Source of the DNA: Myxococcota bacterium
GTDB taxonomy: Bacteria > Myxococcota_A > UBA9042 > PHBI01 > JAWLBL01
Direction of reading: 5' to 3'
DNA: 64,000 bases
NCBI GenBank assembly: GCA_041687695.1
Contig: JAWLBL010000009.1
Span: forward strand, 171,634 to 235,633
Under the pieces are notes generated by a model. It searched no databases. It saw only the letters and a program-made list of their open reading frames with translations, and had not been told where the DNA came from. This document shows positions 55,125 to 64,000 of this stretch, in pieces; positions within the stretch are counted from its first letter, which is position 1; each line of letters starts with the position of its first letter. The position numbers were made by a program, and so were the translations under genes.

Positions 55125-57892
55125 CGGCCGTGCTCCTCGCAGGGCGGCGGGATGTCGGGGTGTAGATCGGTCAGCGGGGTCGCGGCCGCGAGGTCGCCCC
55201 ACGCCTCGCCGGCCCAGCGGACGTCGAGGCGGGCGGGGGCCGGGCCGGTGACGGTCAGCTGGGCGGCGCCGAGGTGGACGACGCCGGTGAAGGCGACGAG
55301 GCGCAGGCCGTCGGGGTCGGCGCAGGAGGCGGTGGCGGGGGCCGAGGCGCAGGCCGGGAGGGGGGCGCCATTGGCGGTGGCCGCGGTGAAGTCGGGGCGG
55401 GTCGTCAGGCCGGCGGCGGTGACGGTCGCGTCGTCGACCGGGGTCGGGCGCGTGGCGCCGGCAGCGTCCGGGTACAGGGCCAGCCGGTACCAGCCGGCGA
55501 CGTCGTCGAGGTCGGTGACCCCTTCGGCGGTGGCGCCATAGAAGGAGTCGACGGACTGGCCGAGCAGCGCCAGGGTCGTGCCGGGGCGGACGAAGACGGG
55601 CAGCTCGGTCGGCGGGGCGGGCGCGTCGGCGGTGTCGGCGGTGGGCGCGGCGCCGAACAGGGGCCACCAGCCGTCGCCGGGCAGGGTCACCGGGCGCGAG
55701 GCGGTGACCTGGGCGAGGACCGGCGCGACCAGGAGGTCGTCGCCCAGGAAGTATTGGGCCGGTGAGGTCTGCCACAGGGCGGGGAGCGTCGGCTCGACCA
55801 GCCAGGGGTGGCGGACCAGGGGCAGGCCGCGGGCGACGGCCTCGGCGGCGAGGGCGCGGAACAGGGGGAGCAGCAGCGTGTGGACGCGCGCCCAGCGGCG
55901 GTAGTGGGCCAGCGTCTCGGCGTCGCGATCGAAGGCCCAGTTGCCGCACTCGTCCGAGCCGTGGTGGGTGCGCATCAGGCCGGTGAGCGCGGCCTGGCTG
56001 GTCCAGCGGTAGAACAGCTCCTTGTCGGTGTTGGGCACGTCGAAGGACGAGTAGCCGGCGATGTCGGTGCCGAAGATGGGCACGCCCGACAGGCCGACGT
56101 GGACGGCCATGGGGACGACGGACGGGAAGCCGTCGTGGGGGCTCCAGTCGGTGTTCTGGTCGCCGCCCCACATCGTCGGGGCCAGCCCGCCGGTGCCGCC
56201 GTGGACGGAGGCCCAGCCGCTGCGGGCGAAGAACGTCCAGTGGTTGTCCGGCTCGGGGCCGTCGGCGTGCACGGCGGTCATCACCTCGCGGTTGGCGCGC
56301 TGCCAGTCGAGCGGATAGCGGTTGTGGACGCGCCAGGGGTCCTCGCCCGAGTGCAGGACGGCGTCGACCGGCAGCCACTCGGCGAAGTCGGCCATCCAGC
56401 CGTCGATGCCCAGGGTGTCGGCGGCGGTGGTCAGGTAGCCCTTCAGCCAGGCGACGGCGGCGGGGTTGGTCAGGTCGACCATGCTGGACTCGCGGGTCAG
56501 CGCGGGGTCGTGCATCAGGTAGGGGGCGCCGCTGCCGTCGTCCTTGCGGATGAGGAAGCCGCCCTCGACGCCTTCGGCGAACATGCGGGTCGGCGTCGGG
56601 ACGAACGGGTTGAAGTAGGCCAGGAAGGCGAAGCCCTGGGCGTGCAGGGCGGCGACGTCGGTGGGCAGCTCGGGGTAGGTGTCGGCGTCCCACTCCCAGG
56701 CGTAGGACAGACGGTAGCCGGTCGACAGCTGCTCGCCGCCGATCCAGTCCTCGGACCAGATGGCGCTGGACGGGATGCCCTCGGCGCGCAGCTGGTCGGC
56801 GACCTGCCACAGGCGCGCCGGGCCGCCGACGGCATCGTTCCAAGGGCCGAAGGTCCAGTCGGCGGGCGGCGTGATGCGGCCGGTGTAGCGGGTGACGGCC
56901 TCGACGCGGTCCTTGGGGGTCGCGCCCGCGACCAGCACCAGCGAGGGCAGCTCGGCGTACGAGCGCAGCGCGCCGCGGGCGGGCGCAGCGTCGCACAGAT
57001 CCAGCTCGGAGTAGGCGTCGTGGCCGACCAGGGCGGCGTAGCCGGCGGTCGAGTGCCACACGCCCATGGGCGCGTAGGCCGCCTCGGGCGCGGCGTTGAA
57101 CGGGAACAGGCCGCCGTCCTCGGGCTTGCCGATGCCCTGCTCCTGCGTCCACAGCGGGTAGGTGCGGCCGCGCAGATCCAGGCCGGTCACCTGGGTCCCC
57201 AACCCGAAGAAGGCCTCGCCGGCGGCGCAGTCGAAGGCCAGCTCGCCGCCGTCCGCCGCGCCGTCGGTGGTCAAGGCGACCCGCAGGTCGGCCTCGCCGT
57301 GCGGGGCGAAGCTCAGGCCGACCGCCTCGCCGTCCGCGGCGGCCCACGTCACGGTGACTGCCTGGGGCGTCGCGGTGATCGCGGGGGCCCGGTCGTGCAA
57401 GCCGCGCCAGGTGAGCCCCGAGTCGGCCCCCTCGAGCGCGATCCGGAAGGCCCCGAACATGTTCATGACCCCCGGCGCGCCCACGGCCAGGCGGACCGGC
57501 GACACGACGTGCCCTTCGGCGTCGACGCAGGCCCCGGGGCCGCTCAGGACCGTGGCCCCACCGGGGGCGGCGATCTGCCAGGCGCCCGTCGCAGGCGAGA
57601 CGACGACGGACCAGTCCCCGAGCGCGGTCGTCAGCGGCGCGTCGGGGGCGGCGTCACACGGCGGCAGCGCACCGAGCGGGACCGCGTCGGGCGCAGCATC
57701 GTGTCCGGCGTCGCCGCCAGGATCGGCTTCGGCGTCGGCCACATCGGGGTCGGTCGCCAGGTCCCCACCCGTGTCCCGTGCGCCCGAAGGCGTCTCGTCA
57801 CCACAGCCAGGCCCGGGGAGGACCGCCAGGCCCACCAGCCCCACCAGTCCGAGGGCCGGGAGCACGCGTCGCGTCAGCATCGAAGTCGCCAT
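55121..57892 (-). CDS. GH31 glycosidase lipoprotein, YihQ/sulfoquinovosidase-like
   Basis: EQGIGK, GWMADFAEWLP (nucleophile), WGGDQNTDWS.HDG, DIAGY, MRTHHG; N-terminal RR plus lipobox-like GPGC. Confidence 0.85.
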   Translation of the reverse strand: MATSMLTRRVLPALGLVGLVGLAVLPGPGCGDETPSGARDTGGDLATDPDVADAEADPGGDAGHDAAPDAVPLGALPPCDAAPDAPLTTALGDWSVVVSPATGAWQIAAPGGATVLSGPGACVDAEGHVVSPVRLAVGAPGVMNMFGAFRIALEGADSGLTWRGLHDRAPAITATPQAVTVTWAAADGEAVGLSFAPHGEADLRVALTTDGAADGGELAFDCAAGEAFFGLGTQVTGLDLRGRTYPLWTQEQGIGKPEDGGLFPFNAAPEAAYAPMGVWHSTAGYAALVGHDAYSELDLCDAAPARGALRSYAELPSLVLVAGATPKDRVEAVTRYTGRITPPADWTFGPWNDAVGGPARLWQVADQLRAEGIPSSAIWSEDWIGGEQLSTGYRLSYAWEWDADTYPELPTDVAALHAQGFAFLAYFNPFVPTPTRMFAEGVEGGFLIRKDDGSGAPYLMHDPALTRESSMVDLTNPAAVAWLKGYLTTAADTLGIDGWMADFAEWLPVDAVLHSGEDPWRVHNRYPLDWQRANREVMTAVHADGPEPDNHWTFFARSGWASVHGGTGGLAPTMWGGDQNTDWSPHDGFPSVVPMAVHVGLSGVPIFGTDIAGYSSFDVPNTDKELFYRWTSQAALTGLMRTHHGSDECGNWAFDRDAETLAHYRRWARVHTLLLPLFRALAAEAVARGLPLVRHPWLVEPTLPALWQTSPAQYFLGDDLLVAPVLAQVTASRPVTLPGDGWWPLFGAAPTADTADAPAPPTELPVFVRPGTTLALLGQSVDSFYGATAEGVTDLDDVAGWYRLALYPDAAGATRPTPVDDATVTAAGLTTRPDFTAATANGAPLPACASAPATASCADPDGLRLVAFTGVVHLGAAQLTVTGPAPARLDVRWAGEAWGDLAAATPLTDLHPDIPPPCEEHGR

Positions 57893-57915
57893 GGGGCGGC
57901 AGCATACGCAGAGCG

Positions 57916-58323
57916 TCAGCGGCAGTCGATGAGGACCGGGGCCCCGCCACGCTCGGCCCAGACGACCGCGTTCTGGCCGAACCGCCGCCCCAGCGCGCGC
58001 GCCTCCTCGCGCGTCGGCCCCAGCACCAGGAGGCTCGGCTCGGGCGGCCAGGCGCCGTCGTCGCCGACCCCCTCGCCTTCGAGCGCGATCCAGCCGCGCG
58101 CTGCGACCTCGCGCGCGAGCTCGGCCTGCCGGACGGCGTTGACCGCCGGCGACGTCGGCCTCGACCCGGGATTCCAGGCGGTCACGAACGCCCAGGCTTC
58201 GGCGCCGGTGCGCGCCAGCAGGGCGTCGAGGCCTGGCTCGACGCGCCCGATGCGCAGCCGCAGCTCGCCCTCCGGCGTGCGCGCCACGTAGGTCGTCCGT
58301 CGATAGGCCTCCCACAGCTCCAT
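57916..58323 (-). CDS. DUF3293 domain protein
   Basis: AY..TTY, AFVTAWNPGS, N..RQ..L, EPS, LGRRFGQNAVVW. Confidence 0.85.
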   Translation of the reverse strand: MELWEAYRRTTYVARTPEGELRLRIGRVEPGLDALLARTGAEAWAFVTAWNPGSRPTSPAVNAVRQAELAREVAARGWIALEGEGVGDDGAWPPEPSLLVLGPTREEARALGRRFGQNAVVWAERGGAPVLIDCR

Positions 58324-58611
58324 GGAAACTAGAGTCCCCAGCCCTCGAGCCCCGCGCAAGGCGGTGGGCGCGAAGAACCCTGCCTCATCCGGTCGGGGAC
58401 GCTCCCGACCCCACCGCCGGGGTCTCGACTCCCCGGCGGGGCGCGGCTCGATCCACTCGGTGTCGCCCACGCCCGCGCGCCCGTCACGGCATCGCAGCAA
58501 TCGGTGACAGCCAGCGACCGCCGGTGGCGCGCAGAATCGTCGGAAGTCACAGGGGATTCTCAGGCTGAGACGAGGCCCGCGGCGGGCGCTTTCACATCGA
58601 GACACCCGGGC

Positions 58612-58627
58612 TGGTACGGGGCGTGCT
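58612..58627 (+). promoter_or_regulatory. Putative sigma-54 promoter
   Basis: TGGTACGGGGCGTGCT fits GG-N10-GC, 30 bp upstream of the ATG at 58657. Confidence 0.5.
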
Positions 58628-58656
58628 AACCGGGCGAGTCGACCCGGAGACCCGTC

Positions 58657-61600
58657 ATGCCTTCTCCCGACGATTCGCGATGGACACATCGAGAGGTCCT
58701 CGAGCGCGCGCGCCGACCGGCTCACGAGGCCGAGGACGACCGCGCCGAGGCGCGCCAGCGGCTGCTCGACGCCTTGCCCGCCGTGCTGGCGGACTTCCAG
58801 GCCGAGCCCGAGCGGGTCGGCTGGTGGCTGGCGGACCTCGAGGCGGCGGGGCTCGCCGACGGCCACGACCGCGAGGCCCTGTACGCGGCCACCGTCGCGC
58901 TGGCGGGGCCGGACTACGCCGAGCAGGCGTTCGCGGGGACCACGGAGGGGCCGGCGGCGGCCGAGATCGCGGCGAGCTTGAGGGCCGACTTCGAGGCGAT
59001 GGTCGCGGCGCGAGAGCAGCGGGAGCGCGAGGCGTCGCTGCTGGGGCGCGTCGCGGGGCTGGTCGAGCGGCTGGCGGGGTGGCTGGGGCTCACGGGCGAC
59101 GAGGTGCGGGTGCGCGCGGACGAGGAGGCCGGGCGACGCACGGCGCAACGCGGCGCGCGCGGGCTGGTGGACGAGGGGGTCGTGTGGCTATCGCCGCAGC
59201 GGTGGGACCCCGACACGCACCAGGGCCGGGCCGTCCTGGCGCACGAGCTGGTCCACGTCGCGCAGCGCGAGGAGCGGCAGACCCGGCCGGGCCGGCCCGA
59301 GGCCGACAAAGGCGCCGCCGAGCGCGAGGCCGCCAGCCTGGGCGCCGCCTTCGCGGACGGCGCGCGCATCGGCCCGCCGAGCCAGGTGCTGCCCGCCAGG
59401 GACCGGGCGGCGGACACCGACGCCGACAAGGCCGCCGGGCAGGATGGCAAGCCCAACGAGGTGGCCGCCAAGCGCCCGCAGACGGTCACGCTGAGGCTGG
59501 CCGGCTTCGAAGTGCGGGCCACCCTGCCGGCCGAGGGCGGGCCTGCGCGCGTCGTCGTGCCCGCGCTGGGCTGGAGCCCCCTGCCGGGGCTGAGCTTCAG
59601 CCGGGCGGAGCTCACCTTCGACAAGCAGTGGAAGCTGCGGCGCGGGACCCTGCTCGGGTCGCTTGCGGTGGGGCCGCATCTGCGCGCGGACGGCCTGCGG
59701 CTCGACATCGACCGCAACGGCCGCGCCAAGGCGCTCGTCAAGGGCGTGCCGCTGCGCATCGGGCGCAGCATCGAGGGCACGCTGGACGTGACGGTCGGTG
59801 CGGCGGGGCTGACGGGGCGGGCGCGCATCCCGGCGGCGAAGGTGAACCTGGGGCCTGGCGTCGAGGTGAGCGCGGGCGCGATCGAGGTCGGGCTGTCGCC
59901 GGACGGGTCGCTGACGCTGGGCGGCGAGGTCACCGGCGCGGTCGAGCACCTGGGGCAGGTGACCGTCGCGGCGCGGATGGCCGAGGGGCGGCTGGCGGGC
60001 TCGGTGACGGCGTCGCTGGGGCGCCCGGTCGAGCTGTCGCCGGGCGTGAAGGCGACGGCGGGGACGCTGAGCGGGGCCTGGGCTCCCGACGAGGGGTTCT
60101 CGGCCAGCGGGACCGTGACCGTGGACGTGGGCGGCTGGGCGTCGGCGCCGCTGACGGCCGAGTACCAGCACCGGGGCGGTCGGTGGAGGGTCGCTGGCAG
60201 GCTCGAGCAAGTCGCTCCGGCCAGCTTCGGCGAGCTGGCCTTGAGCGAGGGTTGGGCCGAGGTGGCCCTGGGTGACGCGGGGCTCGAGAAGCTGGGGGTC
60301 GGCGGCAAGCTGACGCGGGGCGTCGTCGAGGTGACGCTGGACGGGACGCTGGACGGCGCCAGCGGGGCGCTGGGCGGCGGCGGCGTCGTGAGGCTGGTCG
60401 GGGAAGTCCCGCTGGGGCCGACGGGGGCCGTGCTGTCGGCGGTCGAGGGCGAGGCGACGGTGGCGGCCAGCGTGCTCACGTCCGTCGCGATGACGCGCGC
60501 CGTGGCGACCTGGACGGTGCCTGGGGGGCCGGCGCTCGAGGCGGTCGCCACGGAGATGACCTGGGATACGGTGGCGGACACGTTCTCGGGGTCGGCGACG
60601 CTGGCGGTGACGGAGGCCTGGACGCCTCTGGACTGCGAGTACGTGCGGGCCAGCATCGCTCCGGGGGTGCTGGGGACCGTCACGTTGGGGCGCGACGGGG
60701 TGACGGGGGACCTCCACGAGGTGCCGCTGTCGCTGTCCTTCCCGGTGATCGATCAGGTGCTCGCCGTCGCCCTGCCGGACTCGGTGGTCGAGCTGGTCAC
60801 CGGCCACCTGTCGCTGACGGCCGACGGCCTGCTGGCGCTCGCGGTGCCGTGGCTGCCGGTGCGCACCGGCGCCGTCGCGGGCCAGCTGGACGTGTCGTGG
60901 GACCCGGTGGGCGGGCTGGTGATGAACGGCGGCGAGATGAACCTGGGCCTGCCGTGGGGCGGCCAGGTGGCGATCGAGAGCCTGGCGCTGGAGGGCGGCC
61001 AGCTGACCGGCGCGGCCACCTTCCCGGTCCCGGCGCTGCCGGGGCTGGCGTTCGACGGCGAGGCGAATTTCCAGGCGCGCGTCACCAACGGCGAGGTGGT
61101 GGCGACGGCGGGGCCGCTGGCCTGGCGCAGCGAGGTCGTGCCCGGCCTGACGGGCACCGCGCGGCTCGAGTGGTCCAGCGGCGAGGGCCTGAAGGCCGAG
61201 AGCGACGCCCGGCTGGTCATGGGCGAGCGGACGATCGAGCTGTCGCTGAGCGACGTGTCCTGGGACCTCGAGGGCGGCCTGTCGGGGACGGCCGCGCTGC
61301 GGCTCGAGGACCTGGGGATCGACTGGCTGGCGAGCCCGTGTGTCGAGCTGGTCATCGGCGAGGCGGCCGTTCGGTTCGAGCGCGGGGCGCTGGTCGGCGG
61401 CGGCGCCGACGTCGAGGTGGCGCTGACCTTCGGCAAGGCGACCCTGCAGCTGACCGGGCTGGGGGCCGAGGGGCCCGAGGCGGACGTCTCGTTGAGCGTG
61501 ACCAGCCTGGGCGAGACGGTCACCCTGGCCGACCCGGTGACCATCACGGGGCGGCACTCGGGCGGAAAGACCACGCTGCAGGCGGACGGCTGCGCCTGGT

Positions 61601-63504
61601 CGGTCCCGCTCGGGTCCGAGCTGTTCCGCCTGAACGGCCGGTTGGGGCCGACCACGCTCGACGGCGCCGGGCTGACCAGCAGCGCGACGCTCGAGCTGTT
61701 CGCCGGGCCGCTGGGCTTCGCGACCGCCTCGGCCGAGATCCTGGAGGGGCGCCTGCAGCGCGCCGAGCTGGGCTTCATGGAGCCGGTCTTCCAGTACCCG
61801 GTGGACCGCCCCATCATCCGGGGCCAGTTCACGGGCGCGGCGCTGGCCTACGAAGAGGGCCGCTTCTCGGGCAGCGTCAGCGGCAAGGCGGACTTCGATC
61901 TCGACGGCCTCGCCCGCGAGGACGCCGCCCCGGGCGGCTTGGTCTTCCAGCTCGACGCCCTGCCCGAGGGCGGCCTCAGCGGCGCCATCAGCGGCTGGGA
62001 CATCAACGCCGGCCCGCTCGTCATCGACTTCTTCGAGCTGAACCTGATGGGCGACGACGTCTCGGCCACGGTCGAGGTCAGCCCCCGCGCCGACCTGCCC
62101 TTCGAGGCCCAGGGCGAGATCCAGGGCGGCTGGGGCGAGCAGGGCCTGACCCTCAGCGGCGCCTTCGACGTCGCGTCCAAGAAGGACGCCAACCCCGCCT
62201 GGAGCGGCAACGTCAAGGTCGGCTACGCGCCACAGACGGGCCTGACGGCCAAGGGCGCTGCAGAGATCACCCTCGACAGCGCGTTGGGCGCGAAGGCGAA
62301 GGCCGAGCTCGAATACTCGGCGGGACGCCTCGTCTTGAGCGCCTCGGGTGGCACGGTGCTGGAGAAAGACGAACCCATCTTCTCGATGAGCAAGCAGCTG
62401 GGCGGTCGCAAGAAGATCCTGCCCGGCCTGAAGGTGCGAGATGCCAAGGAGCGAGCGTTCCCGTTGGGGGTTCCCTACTTCAACGGCGTCACCATCAAGC
62501 TCGGCGTCTTCCTGCCCGCCTTCGATATGGGCGGTAGTCTCCACGGACTCGTCGTGCAGGGACGAGTTCCAGGGTTCGACGTGCTCGCGGGCGAGCGTCC
62601 GAGCGTTCATGTCGACAGCACACTGAAGAGCGACCTGTACCTTGGCGGCCAATCTGGCGTCCGCGGGATCATCGATGGTCACTTGTACGGAGTAACGCTC
62701 GGGGTGCAGGCTGACGCGCTGGTGACGGTCGGCATGGGCCTCATCGACCCGCGGATCACCGCGAACCATATGCGCTGGTCGCCCGAGGGAGAGCTGTCGG
62801 GACAGCTCGGGCTCACCCTGCCCTTCGCAGTCATCATCAAGCCTCAGCTGTTCATCGCGCCTCGGGCGGGATTCATGAAGTGGGCAGCAGGCGTCCCTGG
62901 CCTGAAGAAGGAGGTCAAGCTCGACCCCGTCAAGCTGGACCTGTTCGACCCGCTCGATCTGAGCTTCAGTTGGGAGTTCTTGACGGGGAAGACGGCGGAT
63001 CCGCTGCAGGACCTCGGCCTCGGCGACTTGAACCTCGACACCCTCAAGCAGGGCATCATCGATCCGAATCCTGAGCTCAAGAAGCTGCTGACCTACATGG
63101 TCATGGCCTACGACGTCGTGGCCGAGGTCCTGGGTGACGTAGAGGCTCAGGTCGACAGCGGACTACGCTTCTGGGAGTCGCTCTTCGATGGCGACAGCCT
63201 CGATTCGGCCGTCCGGAAGTCTCACGATGTCGAGCGACTGACGACCGAGAGCCAGGAGTACCTTCGTCTCATCGGTCGGCAGCACAAGAACCTCCAGGCG
63301 CTCCTCGAGGGAGGCCCGGATCGTCTCGATGAGGGATTGTACGCGCGAACGCTCGAGCAGCTGACCCAGTCGCTCCTGTTCCTCAATCTGAACTGGGGCA
63401 CCCTCGCCAGCGAGCACCTCATCTTCCAGGATGGCGACGTGCGTCAGCGCTACAAGGACGCGTACCAAGCGGCAAGAAGGCGACTCACCGAGCTGCCGAA
63501 GTGA
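58657..63504 (+). CDS. Large DUF4157 (eCIS core) protein with a long beta-rich region
   Basis: VRVRAD..GARGL..G.V..GRAVLAHELVHVAQ..AEREA; more than 1000 aa of Gly-rich beta-strand repeats; helical C-terminus. Confidence 0.82.
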   Translation: MPSPDDSRWTHREVLERARRPAHEAEDDRAEARQRLLDALPAVLADFQAEPERVGWWLADLEAAGLADGHDREALYAATVALAGPDYAEQAFAGTTEGPAAAEIAASLRADFEAMVAAREQREREASLLGRVAGLVERLAGWLGLTGDEVRVRADEEAGRRTAQRGARGLVDEGVVWLSPQRWDPDTHQGRAVLAHELVHVAQREERQTRPGRPEADKGAAEREAASLGAAFADGARIGPPSQVLPARDRAADTDADKAAGQDGKPNEVAAKRPQTVTLRLAGFEVRATLPAEGGPARVVVPALGWSPLPGLSFSRAELTFDKQWKLRRGTLLGSLAVGPHLRADGLRLDIDRNGRAKALVKGVPLRIGRSIEGTLDVTVGAAGLTGRARIPAAKVNLGPGVEVSAGAIEVGLSPDGSLTLGGEVTGAVEHLGQVTVAARMAEGRLAGSVTASLGRPVELSPGVKATAGTLSGAWAPDEGFSASGTVTVDVGGWASAPLTAEYQHRGGRWRVAGRLEQVAPASFGELALSEGWAEVALGDAGLEKLGVGGKLTRGVVEVTLDGTLDGASGALGGGGVVRLVGEVPLGPTGAVLSAVEGEATVAASVLTSVAMTRAVATWTVPGGPALEAVATEMTWDTVADTFSGSATLAVTEAWTPLDCEYVRASIAPGVLGTVTLGRDGVTGDLHEVPLSLSFPVIDQVLAVALPDSVVELVTGHLSLTADGLLALAVPWLPVRTGAVAGQLDVSWDPVGGLVMNGGEMNLGLPWGGQVAIESLALEGGQLTGAATFPVPALPGLAFDGEANFQARVTNGEVVATAGPLAWRSEVVPGLTGTARLEWSSGEGLKAESDARLVMGERTIELSLSDVSWDLEGGLSGTAALRLEDLGIDWLASPCVELVIGEAAVRFERGALVGGGADVEVALTFGKATLQLTGLGAEGPEADVSLSVTSLGETVTLADPVTITGRHSGGKTTLQADGCAWSVPLGSELFRLNGRLGPTTLDGAGLTSSATLELFAGPLGFATASAEILEGRLQRAELGFMEPVFQYPVDRPIIRGQFTGAALAYEEGRFSGSVSGKADFDLDGLAREDAAPGGLVFQLDALPEGGLSGAISGWDINAGPLVIDFFELNLMGDDVSATVEVSPRADLPFEAQGEIQGGWGEQGLTLSGAFDVASKKDANPAWSGNVKVGYAPQTGLTAKGAAEITLDSALGAKAKAELEYSAGRLVLSASGGTVLEKDEPIFSMSKQLGGRKKILPGLKVRDAKERAFPLGVPYFNGVTIKLGVFLPAFDMGGSLHGLVVQGRVPGFDVLAGERPSVHVDSTLKSDLYLGGQSGVRGIIDGHLYGVTLGVQADALVTVGMGLIDPRITANHMRWSPEGELSGQLGLTLPFAVIIKPQLFIAPRAGFMKWAAGVPGLKKEVKLDPVKLDLFDPLDLSFSWEFLTGKTADPLQDLGLGDLNLDTLKQGIIDPNPELKKLLTYMVMAYDVVAEVLGDVEAQVDSGLRFWESLFDGDSLDSAVRKSHDVERLTTESQEYLRLIGRQHKNLQALLEGGPDRLDEGLYARTLEQLTQSLLFLNLNWGTLASEHLIFQDGDVRQRYKDAYQAARRRLTELPK

Positions 63505-63629
63505 TCGCCGCCGCGCCAGGTCGGCCGACCGTCCCGCCCTCGGTCACGTCGGCAGGGGAAAGCCTACGCGCGTCAACGGGCGGGCCGGACGGCCACCGCG
63601 CATCGTGGGGCAACGCCCACGCGCAACCA

Positions 63630-63647
63630 ATCCCCCGATTGGGGGAT
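63630..63647. terminator. Short hairpin between convergent genes
   Basis: ATCCCCC-GATT-GGGGGAT inverted repeat. Confidence 0.4.
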
Positions 63648-63670
63648 GGCGCGGGGCGGTGCGATGGGCT

Positions 63671-64000
63671 TCAGGCCTGGGCCGGGCTCCAGCGGATGGG
63701 CTCGCCCTCGAGGGTGCGGCCGGCGACCTCGAGGAACAGCCGCCCCTCGGTCACGGTCAGCGTCCAGCGGTTGCGCCCTTCCAGCAGCGGCTCGAGCGCG
63801 TCGACGAGCGGCGCGGGAAGGGCGACCACCTCGATGCGATCGGGGTGGTGCAGCCGGGCGCTGCCCAGGGCGCGCTGCACCTGGTCGAGCGGCTTGGCCG
63901 TGAAGACCAGCACGCGTGGGGCCTGGCGGGTGGCGCGGTCGAGCCGCTCGTGCGAGGGGGCGCCGAGCTCGATCCAGACGTTCGCCCGGCCCGTGTCGTC
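63671..64000 (-). CDS. yaeQ: YaeQ-family protein (5'-partial)
   Basis: Frame stays open to the window edge: DDTGRANVWIELGAPSHERL.RA..VLVF..RWTLTVTEGRLFL. Confidence 0.85.
   Translation of the reverse strand, partial: DDTGRANVWIELGAPSHERLDRATRQAPRVLVFTAKPLDQVQRALGSARLHHPDRIEVVALPAPLVDALEPLLEGRNRWTLTVTEGRLFLEVAGRTLEGEPIRWSPAQA

Overview
Very GC-rich bacterial DNA; gene content (Cys-rich lipoproteins, Hanks kinases, DUF4157 protein, sigma-54 promoters) suggests a Myxococcota-like deltaproteobacterium (inference). All family calls come from recognising motifs by eye; no database searches were run. (1) 1-9013 is the right end of a prophage: Mu-type baseplate genes, a tail fibre with a peptidase-G2-type chaperone, a candidate lysis cassette and accessory genes, ending at a 3' fragment of tRNA-Thr(CGT) that looks like an att site. 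(2) 9409-24408 is a ~15-kb accessory island bracketed by a 268-bp imperfect direct repeat of the 3' end of a membrane-protein gene. It carries a collagen-like lipoprotein, an orphan helical protein, two repeat arrays, a sacsin-like ATPase/DUF3883 nuclease, and the best candidate for a new system: a tightly coupled patatin + CHAT (caspase-like protease) + Avs1a-like MBL hydrolase operon behind a truncated type I hsdR. (3) 24.4-64 kb is mostly chromosomal: sulP, an HxlR locus, nirK-cytochrome c with NirV-like and SCO genes, a Cys-rich lipoprotein, four gene fragments of a molybdopterin oxidoreductase operon collapsed into 1 kb, a second ~43-bp palindromic array before vapBC, a trehalose HAD/OtsB/GH65 fusion, hrpB, a Tat ferritin-like lipoprotein coupled to a heme-c Ser/Thr kinase, a YcaQ-like glycosylase, GH31, a DUF4157 protein and partial yaeQ.
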